Origin: Naegleria gruberi
Taxonomy: Eukaryota
NCBI GenBank assembly: GCA_000004985.1
Contig: GG738918.1
Length of the DNA stretch: 64,000 nucleotides
Strand: one strand, 5' to 3'
Part shown: positions 41,830-54,095 of the stretch, one piece after another
Position numbering within the stretch: position 1 is the first letter of the stretch
Layout of the letters: each line of letters starts with the position of its first letter
Notes under the pieces: model-generated
Told to the model about the DNA's origin: nothing
What the model saw: only the letters and a program-made list of their open reading frames with translations
Databases searched by the model: none
Made by a program: the position numbers and the translations under genes

Positions 41830-43440
41830 ATGTCCATTAGTATCATTAGAAAAAAAAACGAATCTTATATCATGAACGAAACCTTTCTCTACAACAATAC
41901 AGCCTTCTCTTCATGTCCCAGTTGGTTTCCTTATCACCTCGTCGACCCATCCACTCTATCTAATAACAATACACTCGATATGGAATGTCCTGATACAATT
42001 CTCGTTCCAATAACAAGTGGAATTTTATATGGATCTTATTTAATATTATTTTTAATTTGTTTAATTTTTCTAATTTGGAAGAGGAAGGCATCTACTATCA
42101 AGGCCAGATCGCCCGTCATTTTATCTTTTGGATTAGTTGCAAATTTTACCTTAGTTTCCCTAGCATTAATTCGGTGCATTGTTGGAAAAACTGATTTTCC
42201 ATGTTTTTTATTTTCGATATTTTACTTTATTTTAGGACCGTGTTTTGTGGTGCCGTCAATTATTAGAGGAATTGAACTGATTATTCAATATAAGGTCAAT
42301 TTATTGAGAGCTAAGAGTATTTCTAGATGTAATCTTTCGAATAATTATTCGACACAGGTGCAGGATGTTAAGAGTGATGTTGTGAGTGAGAAGACTGAAA
42401 CTCAATCAGAATGTGGAACTTCATATAAGGAAACTAGATCAGTACGAGTATTGACAACTTTGAATAGAATACTGCAGAGTGCTATATTTCATTTGTGTTT
42501 TACTTTATTCTTGTTGATATTTCATTTGGGCATTTGGTTATGTTCTGGGTTGATTGAAGATGGTTTCTATTCGAAACACAGATTTTTCATGACTAATGCC
42601 AGTATTTTGAGTGTTGGAGGATGTTATTCATCTACTGGAAGTTCGATTGCCATGGCTGTGTTTGTTGGATTATATTTTATCATTGACTTGATAATTAATA
42701 TTATATGTTTGACAATTGACAATGACACATTCAACATCAAGATTGGAAATCTAGGCATGACAGTAGTAAGAATACTATGTGGTATATTTTACCTTGTATT
42801 TTCACAAGTTCCAGTTTTAAGATCTACTGGCAGAATCATTCCTTCTATTTATGTATTTATCCTAAACTGTATTGTTGAACTAATTGTCACAATTCTCATT
42901 CCATCCATTAAAGATTGTATAGATAAGATGAAATACCAATCAAAATACAACCAATCAGAAATTGAATGTGTTTTAAATGACCAAAAACTTTTCAATATTT
43001 TAATTGATTTTTCAAGAAGAAGTTACAGCCCTGAAAGTGTTTTATTTTACAAAGATATTCAACATTACAAACAATTGGTGGCAAAGCTTGAAATGATGGA
43101 AAATGGAGCTTTTCAACATGTTGAGTCAATTAAGAATTTACGTGTGAAAATTACACGTTTCGTTCAGAATATTGTTCATGTTTATTTATGTGAAGGAAGT
43201 GTTAATGAATTGAATATTCCTAATTTGAAAATGAAGAAATTGGAATTGACCAACAAGATTGCTGCATGTATAGAATTTGAATCTAATAGATTTACCAGGG
43301 ATTTATTCGATTCAATCTTGGTAGAATCAATGCTCACTCTGATGGAAGTGTATCATCGATTGAAACAACAAAACCCCACCATACGACAATTCTCCCTACA
43401 TTGGAAAAATGATCAAGACAAGCTCAACAATTCACTGTAA
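41830..43440 (+). CDS. 7-transmembrane protein with C-terminal RGS domain (paralog A)
   Basis: First ATG of the ORF at 41830; alternative start MNETF near 41872. Extracellular Cys pair (CPSWFPY...MECPDTI), seven hydrophobic helices. C-terminal KLFNILIDFSRRSYSPESVLFYKDIQHYKQL fits the RGS core (F..FL..EFSEEN..FW.A...YK). Confidence 0.65.
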   Translation: MSISIIRKKNESYIMNETFLYNNTAFSSCPSWFPYHLVDPSTLSNNNTLDMECPDTILVPITSGILYGSYLILFLICLIFLIWKRKASTIKARSPVILSFGLVANFTLVSLALIRCIVGKTDFPCFLFSIFYFILGPCFVVPSIIRGIELIIQYKVNLLRAKSISRCNLSNNYSTQVQDVKSDVVSEKTETQSECGTSYKETRSVRVLTTLNRILQSAIFHLCFTLFLLIFHLGIWLCSGLIEDGFYSKHRFFMTNASILSVGGCYSSTGSSIAMAVFVGLYFIIDLIINIICLTIDNDTFNIKIGNLGMTVVRILCGIFYLVFSQVPVLRSTGRIIPSIYVFILNCIVELIVTILIPSIKDCIDKMKYQSKYNQSEIECVLNDQKLFNILIDFSRRSYSPESVLFYKDIQHYKQLVAKLEMMENGAFQHVESIKNLRVKITRFVQNIVHVYLCEGSVNELNIPNLKMKKLELTNKIAACIEFESNRFTRDLFDSILVESMLTLMEVYHRLKQQNPTIRQFSLHWKNDQDKLNNSL

Positions 43441-43590
43441 TTAAGCGTAACAGGATTCGAAGAGATTGGAAACAAAAAACCTTGTTAAAAAAAGTAAAAA
43501 AAACCCTTAAATACTAACCATTCTCTAAGGAGCAAATTGAAGTTGTAAAGGAAGAAGTTATATTTGACAACATTTTCCAATTTCTTGATC

Positions 43591-43686
43591 CGAATCTAAT
43601 TGAACCGTGCAAGAAATCTAGCCATGACCGACAGCGAATTTTATAAAAAGATACTGGTTGAGATTCAAGACGGTTCAATTAGATTC
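43591..43686. repeat. 16-17-nt perfect inverted repeat (cgaatctaattgaaccg / cggttcaattagattc) with ~63-nt spacer; potential RNA hairpin
   Basis: Arms at 43591..43607 and 43671..43686 in the convergent 3' region between the 7TM-RGS gene and VPS11. The spacer contains the ATG of a 50-aa ORF (43624..43776). Confidence 0.45.
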
Positions 43687-43826
43687 AAGTCGTGCGATAG
43701 AAAAAGAAATTTTGGAATAGTTAAAGTTGAGGAAGAAGATGATTGTTCTCCACAACACAAAAAGACTAAATTGTGAGGGATATCAAGTTGAATGAAGATA
43801 TCTCATCCAAATAATAATTTAATAAT

Positions 43827-46800
43827 TTATTCTAAAAGTCTTCTTCTTCTATCGATATCATCATCCTCATCATCACTTGTAAAATTGCTAACATCATCCT
43901 CATCTTCCTCTTCATCCTCATCAGCTATTGCTGGTATTGACACTTCCTCAATATCTGCCAATAATTTAGCTTTAGTGAAAACTGTACCAATACCACGTCC
44001 AAAATATTCACAAACCAGAGAATAACCATCCAACTTCTTGGTATTAAGTTGCTTAAAGAAGGATTCGTGTTGTTCACTCGACTCTTCGAATTTTCTCTTT
44101 CTTTGGAGAATATCTCTGTGCTTATCAGAACAAACTCTACATTCACCTTCATTACCAACAAGGAGACATCTTTGATGGTATGAGTGATTACACATGAAAT
44201 GTACAGCAGGCAAGTCCAATTGAGCATTACAGAAAGTACAAGTGGTAGCTTGGAAAGTTTTGGCACTGGTTTGTAAATCGTAAATTTCCTTTCTCATTTG
44301 AGCAGTTTCAGTTTGGAATTCCTTGATCTTTTCTACATCTTCTCTTATCATTTCTTGTTCTTTTTGAATTTTAGAAATCAGATAGTCCTTTACAGAATAG
44401 AGTTTGGTCTTTTCATTCTTACCAAGAATTTGAACAACCAGTAATGGAGGTAAAATTTCATCCTTTTCAATCTTTTCTAATACAATAGCTAATTCTTCTT
44501 CAACATTATCATCCAATGTGGCAAAATATGTGAGAACTTGAACCCACAAATTTGGATCCTTGTCACCATATTGATTAACAGAGGCGATTACATTCTTGTA
44601 ATCACGTTGCTCCATATAATATTGGATAATATAATAGTGAAGACCCAAAGTATCATAAATCTTGAGTACACCTTCTTTAAAGTTTTGTGATTGGACAAGA
44701 ACAAGAACGTGCTCCTTATCATAGTTAGATTGTGGATGGTCGAGTGTATAAAGCAATCTATCTTTAAAGCTCAAATTGGCAATATCTGTGCTTGGTGGCT
44801 GAATTTCATATCTATCAGAAATGCCTTGAGTTTGCTCAAGTTCTGGTCTTTTCTTAGAATCAGTATCCAAATATTTAAGATAAAGTTCAATGAGCGTATT
44901 GTACACAACCTTGGAATGTGATGTATCTGGTCGAAGAGTTCTCCAAATAACATTTTCCAAAAATATCATTAACCAGTATTGATCCTTACTTGGGAAGCAA
45001 TGAATATATGACTCTGGTTTTGGTTTAGCATGTTCAATGTGTTGATTATTATACATATCTTCATATCCGGTAGTTTTAACAATTTGAGATTCAAGATTAG
45101 CAGATGATTGTTTCAAACCTAGAAGTACATTCAGAATACCCCCTTCTTTCTTCTTTTCTGCTTGGTTGCTTGAATCATTGGAGTTTGGTATAATTCTAAG
45201 CTTGTAATTATCAATGATTCTCTTTTGAGTTAACTTGATATCACTATCCAAAACTCTATTTGTTTCAGCAGGGTGAATTGGGAAATATTCTGTACACAAT
45301 CTTATGAGAGCGTTAGTAGTCTCTTTTGGTAAATGTGAAATGAGTGTTTTACCATAGGTTTTCAGATAACTTTCAGCTTCAGGTAAGGCAAGAGATTCAA
45401 TATATTTGAGCGCTCTTCTAAAGTTCTCTTTAGAATCAACCTTCTCGCCATTATCCTTGTCCAAATTATCTGTATCAAAGTCCTCCAAGTGAATCTTAAT
45501 GTACCAATCGTGTTGTTTGTGTTTCATGGCCAAAATGAGGGCATGTTCCTTGTAGCCGGCTTTTCTACAAACTCTAATAGCTGTCTCTACATCGTACATA
45601 AGCTTATCTTGCATACTGATAAACTTGTCGAGTTTTTCCTTTCTTTCATCCTTCAATTTGGTGTAACAGTTTAACAAGAGGGTTGTGTGATCAGAGGTGG
45701 CAAGACGTTTTTCGTGAAGGGTTTCAAGATATTCTGTAAGGTTACGAATTCTGTTTGCATCCAAGAATTTTCTGATAACATAGGATGGTTCCAATCTACC
45801 AATAGTTCTACAAAATTGTTTCATAGCTCCATCATAATCTTTCTTTGAATACAAGTGATCACCATATTGTTTTGAAATTTCAAACAAGTAATTACTGTCA
45901 AGTTGTTCACTATCAACTAAACTGATGGCAATCGAATAAAAGTTCTTTTGTAAAAGCAATTCCAACTTGGATTGGGTATCTTTTTCTTCCAAAAGGAACA
46001 TTTGTTGTTCAGATTTGTTTTCATCAATATTCGACAATAAAAAGACATTACCCCATTCTTGAAGAATATGTGTAATGTGTAATTTGTCACTCGAATATCT
46101 AAAGGCAATATACTTGTTTTTCAAATCATAAATAGTAATAACTTGTTGAGATTTGCTACTGGTTGTGTTAATATCTGAACTAATAACAATTAAATAATTT
46201 CTGAACCAATGTGACAAGATCTTTTTACCTTCAAAAGCAAAACAAGATCCTTTTCCTTCAGGTTTAAAGAACCAAACAGCAGATTTAGAAGAAACCACAA
46301 AATCTCCATCATTACTCAAAGTACTACATCCAACTTCACATCCAATAGTGTCATCTAAAATTACTTTTGATTGTTCAAGTGCTCTTTGTGATGTACTGCT
46401 ATTAGTATTAATAGAATATTTAAAAACTTGAGTAAGTGAACAACAGAATAAAGTATAATCATTAGGTGAATTACCATATCTCTTAAATCCTAATCCTGTT
46501 ATTCTCTCATTTGGAGCACCATCCAATAAAAACACTTTGTGTGATGACTTTCCTCCTTGTTTTGTAAAATCACCTTCAAATATAATAATTTTACCATTTC
46601 CTAAACCAAGTGCAATACAATTAAAATCTTGATTTGCTTCAAAACAACACACCGGATAAGGTTCCATATCTTTGATCTGACTAAATATCTTGATATCTCT
46701 TACTAATTGATATTGACCAAAACTTGTGTGACCTTCCTTTGTGTGTTCTTTATACTTGTCAAGAGAATAAATTTTCAATACATCCTGATAGGCTTCTCCA

Positions 46801-47041
46801 CCATCATCACCAACAACAACTAAACAATTAGATTTAGCAATATGTTTGATGTGATTAACTCTTGCTTCAAAGGCTTTACATTGACGTGTATTTAAATTTT
46901 TATCCATAACATGAAAAGTACCACGATTATCTCCGAATATAATATTACTTCTTCCGCTAGTACAACAAGTTACATTGGTCTGAGAGAAAAATTTTGATGA
47001 TTTCTCATCACTCACTGTATGCTTGTCAAAGAAGTTGAATT
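43827..47041 (-). CDS. VPS11: Vps11 (HOPS/CORVET core subunit) with C-terminal RING-H2
   Basis: ATG at 47041 (MWKKFNFFDK, as in metazoan VPS11 WRRFVFFDKE). N-terminal beta-propeller, clathrin-heavy-chain-repeat region, C-terminal CTFCNAQLDLPAVHFMCNHSYHQRCL...CRVCS RING. Confidence 0.8.
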
Positions 47042-47205
47042 TCTTCCACATTTTTTTTTGATGAAAAGATTTTTTAGTTTTTAAAAATTGATGATCCCGA
47101 ATAGAATATGCAATTCTGTCGTTCATGAAACTGTGATGATTAGTAATGGATTAACAAAATGTTTAAAGTCAAGCTATTGAGAATGCAAAGATGACAGTGA
47201 AGGGT

Positions 47206-49741
47206 TTATTTTGCATCTATTTTTCGTTTGGATTTTCGAAGTAAATTGCTAACAATTTTACATGGAGTGATGAGCGATAATCTTTCACAAATGTCATACA
47301 TGGCTCTGTAATTGTTTTGAAACATGTAATCTTGAGCCAGTTCCAAATCTTTAGAAACTTTGATTTGTAAATCAGTTGCATCAGTTCTTGCACTTTCTAA
47401 ACTGTATATTCTTGTTGGTGTTTCTTTTCCCTTTAGTAAAATGTAATCAGCAAAATAGCAAACAAATTCATTCTTCACATGTTGATAGGTATTCTCACTG
47501 ATTAGAATATTGGAACCATAATATCTATTCAAAGATTGAAGCTTGGATCCAATATTAACATCATCTCCAATAGCTGTGAAATTCAATCGATTCTCACTTC
47601 CCATACTGCCATACATCATATTTCCACTGCTGACACTAACGTAAATTGAGAGATCAATATCAATTTGTCTTTCATTCCTCCACATTATATTTAATTCATC
47701 GATAATCTCCAAAGCTTCCATTGCAGCTTTGCAAGCTCTCACTTCATGCTCCTCAACTGGCATTGACGAATCATTCCAAACAGCTTGTAATCTATCTCCA
47801 TTTATCATATCAATTAATCCTCTATGATCTTCCATTGCCTTTGTTAAACTTCCAAAATAATCAGTCATCACAGATACAAATATTGATGTTTCAGTTAACT
47901 CTGCCAATTGAGTAAAATCCTTAATACTAGAAACAAGAATTGTCATATTTTGAAGTGTCAATCCAACATCTAAATAATGTTCGTCACTAATCACTTTTTT
48001 CATTATTGTAGGTGAAACAAATTTAGAAAATGCTGAAACTCCTCTCTTTAGAGAATTAATTCCATTCTCCATCTCTCCAATATCATAGAATATTTGACCA
48101 GCAGTTGTGATTTTGGTATTATCACTTTCGCTCGCAAGACTCTTATCACTCAATATCTTGGAGAGTTTCTTGTGAACATGATTTAAGGGTTGTGTGAAAA
48201 GTTGAACAATTACAAAAAGACACAACGTTCCAGCAACGAGAATAACAATGAATACCACTACAGATGTCATACCACTTGAGAGAATTTCTGCAAATATATC
48301 TGCATCTACTGATCCAATAACCAATGCCAAACTCAATCCATATGGATCAACTACTGGAGTTATCACAACATTCTTTCCACGATATTTCAAACTGATTGGT
48401 ACGTTAGAGGTAATGTTTTTCAGTAACTCCTTATCTTGTATATAATTAGCAATTTCAAAAATTTCACCATCTCCAGTATGGACAGTGAACTTGGTTGTGT
48501 TATATCTACTTGAGGCAATAACATTTCCATTCGTTTCCATGATGAAACTATAGCTAATGAAATTGTAAGATCTTGAAGTAGAATTCAGGAAGGAATTCAA
48601 TCCTTTCAGTGCAAACACCTCAGCAACAGCTCCAAATAAATGATCCTTATGTTTAAAATTCGTTATGCTTATATCAATAGAATCAATGCTCTTTCCTGTC
48701 TTACAAGCTTGTGTGATATTCTCTTTTACATAGATAGGATAAGCAATACTAATGGATGGCTCACCAATAGTTGAAATGTAAAGCTCAGTCCATCTCTGCC
48801 CAGTTGCTAATCCTTCCTTGAAAGGATAGTACCACGGTCTTAAATGTAAATCAAAGGCTACTCTCATTTAATATACTCAATTAGTATTGGGAATACTTAC
48901 TAAAAGGCTCAACAAACAAAAAGAGGTTGTCTTTGAGTGGATTCTCAAATGGATTTTCTGAAATATGGTAATAGTACATCGCAGTTCCTGTTCCATTTAT
49001 CAGTAGAACATATGGTGTAGAAATATCCAGTGTTCCAGCATAATTCCTCAAATAATTTCCGTATTGAATTGTTGTGAGTGGTGATTTGTGAATATAGACT
49101 GATCTGAGATATTTGAGAAAAATTGCCCACTCGGTAATATTTTTCAATGGAAATCCATTCTCTACTTCCATTTTTACCTGTTGGATTATCAGATTTGAAG
49201 TGTTGATGATTTTTCCAATTTCAAATGTTACATAACTTTGAGTTTGTTGAGCTTGAAATCTCGAAACTCGCAAAAGAACACTATTTCCAGACGTGTACAT
49301 TAGTATGAAAGAAGGAATCAATCCAATGAGTCCCTGAATAATGAAGAGAACCAACAGGACATGACTAATTCTCAATCCTCTCGAACAATTATACATTCTT
49401 GGTTTTTTGTTTTCTTGTGTTTCTGGCATGTGACGTAAATGTTCTTCCCCATGACGTGACTCCTCGAATGTGAAAACAGTATTTCTCCTTCCATAGATTG
49501 GATCTGGTTTGGTGGTTGGATGAATAATGGATGAGGTGGTACTGTTACCATGGGAAGGTCTTCTATGCAGAGGGGGTGGTGTGTTTCTTTCGACATGTAT
49601 TGTTCTCTCAAATGGATCTTCATCAACAATTTCGATGGGTGTAGATGTTTTCGACTCCTCAATTGTGATTTCCTCTTGAATTGATGATGAGGGAGGTACC
49701 TTCCTAGAAACCAAAAGATCCTCACTATTGTTTGGAATCAT
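47206..49741 (-). CDS. receptor-type class III adenylyl cyclase (ACG-like): extracellular sensor domain, one TM, cytoplasmic cyclase domain; exons 48901..49741 and 47206..48860, or a frameshift between them
   Basis: TM helix SVVVFIVILVAGTLCLFVIVQLF. Cyclase core ILVSSIKDFTQLAE...VNIGSKLQSL...YILLKGKETPTRIYSL. The two ORFs are in different frames. A 40-nt GTAAGT..GAGAG intron (48861..48900) would restore the frame (..FVEPF-I-AFDLHLRPW..). Confidence 0.6.
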
Positions 49742-49931
49742 TTTTTGTTAGTCGGTTAGTGGGATTAATAAACTTAATTGGATGCAAGCACCGGCTAGTT
49801 CAGTTTTGGTAAATTGCTAAAAAAGACTTAAATCCCTATCCAACTCTTAGAATGGCAAGTAGATGTTGTTTCAATATAAAAATTGATTGTTTTTAATGGT
49901 TGTTACTTGCTGATTGGAAAATCTTAATAAT

Positions 49932-51191
49932 TTAATAGAGTCCATGTGTAGTTAATAGATTTCTTAAACGAGAACACATTTTGAAAGCATTGGTGAGATG
50001 ATCCAAACCAGATGAGAAACTGGCAACAGTAATTTTTGAAATATACTCCTCACTAAAATATCCAATTTCATTATCTTCAGTGATAAAATGTCTATGTCGA
50101 GAGTCGCTACTTAAATTTGAGTTCTTTAGTTGTGTTACAGAGGATGTAGCAATAGAAGTATAACTCAAACCATAAACTCCTACATGAAGTTGAGCATTTG
50201 TAATTGAAAATTCAATTAATGTTTCCTTAGGTAAACGAGGATGGAATGATTGTTGAAGAAGTTCAATATTAGCTTTTTCGGATATTGAGCTTGATAGTCT
50301 ATATTCATCAGTCAAAAATCTCAATCCACCATATGTTGTCAATTGTTCTCTTCCTTGTTGCACCAATATCATTACACGTTCCAAAATTGTTAAAATAGTA
50401 GTGACATCTCGTTCAATTTTAGATGTTGTTTTCGATAAATATGTACTGTTCATAAGATCAACTTCATCATCTCCTTCCAACACAATATTTGAATTTTCAG
50501 AATATTTCTCAATGTCAATGTTTTTCATCTTATTTAAAGCATAATCAGCCATGTGGTGAGCCCTTTGAATTTGGCTTAAAGTATACGGATCATTTGGTCT
50601 GATTTCGGCTTCACATGATTGTTTCATTTTGTGAAGCTTAAAATTAATTTTACCTCCCAAGATACGATATCCGTCCACTAGTAAATATCCTTTTAAAATA
50701 GCGTGATTTTGGTCATTAATATGTAATTGTATACGTTCGGCATTGTTTTTTGCTCTAAAACTATTAGTAGCATTAAATTTAGTTGGGGTAGCGGGTATTC
50801 CTGGTGTTGAAGGTGTTTGAGGTTCGTCTTTTGGATTATCTTGTTGTTGATCCGATGATGAGGCTATTGTACTTGTTGGTTGTTGATTATTATTATTGGA
50901 ATTATTATTACTATTATTTTCCATAGATTGAAGGTGTTTAACTTCACCTCCTAAAAGACCAACAGCTTGTTGAATTTCATTGATAATTTTACTCCATTGT
51001 TGTGGAACAATATCGTAGAGAAGGTGTCGAAGCTCCTTCATCATTGTTTCTTGTTCTAAAGAAGCGATCTCCTCCTCTTTCATGTTCTTTACATCTTTCA
51101 ACATACTATTCGATGTTGTTGAAGATGTGTTGATATTACTCGTGTTGATACTAATATTGTTGCTTCCCGTCGATGGCGATGATGACCACAT
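49932..51191 (-). CDS. hypothetical protein, tentatively Rogdi-like leucine-zipper family
   Basis: LEQETMMKELRHLLYDIVPQQWSKIINEIQQAV resembles the Rogdi N-terminus ([24 protein letters not shown]). Weak C-terminal parallels. Low-complexity N-rich insert. Confidence 0.3.
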   Translation of the reverse strand: MWSSSPSTGSNNISINTSNINTSSTTSNSMLKDVKNMKEEEIASLEQETMMKELRHLLYDIVPQQWSKIINEIQQAVGLLGGEVKHLQSMENNSNNNSNNNNQQPTSTIASSSDQQQDNPKDEPQTPSTPGIPATPTKFNATNSFRAKNNAERIQLHINDQNHAILKGYLLVDGYRILGGKINFKLHKMKQSCEAEIRPNDPYTLSQIQRAHHMADYALNKMKNIDIEKYSENSNIVLEGDDEVDLMNSTYLSKTTSKIERDVTTILTILERVMILVQQGREQLTTYGGLRFLTDEYRLSSSISEKANIELLQQSFHPRLPKETLIEFSITNAQLHVGVYGLSYTSIATSSVTQLKNSNLSSDSRHRHFITEDNEIGYFSEEYISKITVASFSSGLDHLTNAFKMCSRLRNLLTTHGLY

Positions 51192-51297
51192 CTTGGGTAT
51201 TTTTATTTTAATTTAAAATTAAAATTTCCAAGTCCGAATTTGGTTCTGATGATAGACAACCAACACAACAGCAAGATTTTAAAATTCTATTAGATAT

Positions 51298-53980
51298 TTA
51301 TTGTTTGAAATACGAACCAACGTAACCTCTTCCCGATCTTGAGGCTGGCACTCCTCTCTCTGTTGATTTAGCTCTGTGGCCAGGTGCAGTAGCTTTAGAG
51401 GAAAGAATTGATTTGGATTCATTGTTGGCAACTTGACTATTTGCAACCATTGACTTTAACTGACTTCTTTCTTCAATTAATCGTTTAAGGCTTTCTTTAC
51501 ATTGGTTATATTCTTTTTGAAGGTTATTTACATATTCAACAGCTTGTTGCAAAAGGGTTTCTTTTTCTTCTAATCTAGTTGACATCTTTCTGTTAAATTC
51601 TACTGAAATGTTGAGTTGAATTCTAGTATCTAGGAGTTTAGTCTTAGCATCCATAGCAAGAGCAATATCATGCAATTGTTTCAATACTTCTTGACTTGAT
51701 TCCATATCTTCGCTCTTCAGTAGTTCCAAAACTCTGTCTAATCCCATATGAATTTCAGAAAGTTCATTTCTTGTGGATCCTAGCTCTCTTTGCATTTCTT
51801 TTACAACCTCGTTGTGCAATGCAATTCTAGAAGAGGCTTGTTTAATCTCTTTTTCAATACCTGTTTGTGGGTTTGGTTCGATGAGGTCCTTTCTTTCCTC
51901 TAACAATAATTCAATTTCTTTCTTCATCTCTTCAATTACTGCAATGTGTTCAGATCTTTCCTTATTGATGGCATCTTGGAGCTCTTTCTTATGAGCCATG
52001 TTTGAATCGTTCAAGTTTTGTTGTGTAGCTTCTAATTTCTTTTCAAGTGCATCAATTAATTCTTGCTTCTTTGCAACTAGTTGTCTCAAGTTGGAATCGA
52101 GTTCAAGCTCCTCAATTCTTTCCTTGAATAAAGAATTTTCTTCTTTCAACACCTCAACTTCCATTTCCAAGTTTGAAATCTTTTCTTTGAGTAACCTCTC
52201 AGATCCAGCCTTGCTTAACTTGGCAGATTCCTCTTCTTCGTACTTTTTCTTAAGCTTTGCAACAAGCTCGTCAGCTTGGTCTTGCAATTGGAGATTCATA
52301 TTCTTTAATTCGTCATTTTCATTTTGAAGTAATTTTACCTCTTCTTCGTCAACCCCTGATGATGGATCTTGCAATAATTTCGCATACTTTTCTGAAACCA
52401 ATTTGTGTGCTTCTTTTTCAGTATCAAAATCCCTTGCCAAGTCTTCCGTCTTTTCCAAGAGTTGGTTGTAATCGGTGGTGAGAGTATTGAGCTCGTATTG
52501 GTACATTTCACATTGGTTTTGAATATCAGTCTTTTCCTTTTCTAACTTTTCAATCATTTCGTTAACTGGAGAGGAGTCGGCTTGAGAGGATTTAAATTCC
52601 TCTATTTGCAGATTCAAGTCGAGAATTTTACTCTCTAACTCTTGAATTTGCTCCTCCTTCTCGTTGAGTTGTTCCTTATTTACCTTAAATTCTTCCTCTA
52701 AAAATTGAGTATTCTCAGATAATTTCTTTAATCTTGACACTTCATCTTGTAATATTCTTAACTTATCATCAGTATCGATAGAAACTCTTGGTGTTCTGAC
52801 AGACTTCTTCAGTTCGTCATTTTCTGCCAATAGTGATTCTATTTGTTGCTGTTGTGAGTTAAGCAATGTGAGATACTCTTCTTCGTTAGAGTTTTCCTTG
52901 AGGTGCTCTTGAATGATTGAAACAGTCTTGTTCACATTATCTGCATTAGTCAACAGTTGACTGAGATTTGTACTATTTTCAACAATTGGTTCTCTTTCTT
53001 TTTCGGCTTCCTTTGCATAGAAAGCTGATAATTCTGCTGTTAGGTTGTGATTTTCTTCCTCAATTTGTCTCTTTTCGACTTCTCTAGCATTCAACAAGTC
53101 TTGCTTTTCAAGTAATTGTCTCTTGATTTCTGCAAATGCTTGATTAGTTTCTTCCATTTCTAGAATGGTCTTGGAGTATAAATCTCTCAATTCCTTGTTT
53201 TCTCTCAAGAGTGCAGCTTCATCCCTTCCTTCATTCTTAGGTTTTGATTTTTCATTATCATATTGAGAAAGAAGATCATCATACTTGGATCTGAGTGATG
53301 TTAATTCGTCCATTAATTCTTGTCGTTTCAAAGTTGCAATCTCTGCCTCCTTTCTGTATTTCTCCTTCTTTTCTTGCAGTACCTTGAATTCATCTTCCAT
53401 ATCTTTTACATTGAGTTGGAGTTTTTCAATTTCTGCTTGTCTTTGTTCTCTTTCCTTTTCTTGAACTGATATAATATTCCTGATTAATGTAAATTAGAAG
53501 AGTGATGATATTTACATACCTTTGATTGACGAGTTCCTTCTCAGAAATGTCCAAAACCTTTGAAATTTCAACAACTTGACCTCTCAGGGTTTCATTCTCT
53601 TCTCCTACAAGGTTCATATGCTCCTCTATGGTTTTATTCCTATCAGAGAGAATTTTAATTTCCTTATTATATTCTAACTTAATTTGATTAATATCAGAGA
53701 GTTGAGATTCATTATTAGAGAGTCTTGATATTGATTCCTTTTGTTTTTGTATTTCCTCCTTCAACTTTTTAATATCATTTTCTCTTCTAGAATTGATGGT
53801 TCTTAAGGCTTCGGCCTTTAATGATGATCAGCATTAAATTGTATTTGCCTTAATACCTACCTCCTTCTCTGCAAAAAGTACCTCTTCTACTAAGACCGAT
53901 AGATCCTTCTTCCTGCTGATTAACTCTCCTTCCAACTCTTGGATTCGGTAGTTTGCCTCTTCTAAGGATTTAACTGGCAT
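51298..53980 (-). CDS. long coiled-coil protein (~865 aa); exons 53861..53980, 53520..53815, 51298..53479
   Basis: ATG at 53980 (MPVKSLEEANYRIQELEGEL). Intron 53816..53860 (45 nt; alternative donor gives 66 nt). 40-nt GTATGT..TCAG intron 53480..53519 joins the 112-aa and 700-aa ORFs. Heptad-rich E/K/L/Q sequence throughout. Confidence 0.55.
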
Positions 53981-54095
53981 ATTATTGTTGGCGCTTTTTT
54001 TAAAATGATAAAAATTTTATGCGTAACGGTCTGTAACAACAACATGTTCGGTTCAATGAATAAGTTAGTGATAGTTGATGGTGCATTGGCTTGTC

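Noticed and set aside
43792-44266. ORFs of 77 and 113 aa overlapping the 3' end of VPS11
   Set aside because: Wrong-frame and antisense readings of the acidic C-terminus of Vps11 (the E/D runs appear as S/L runs).
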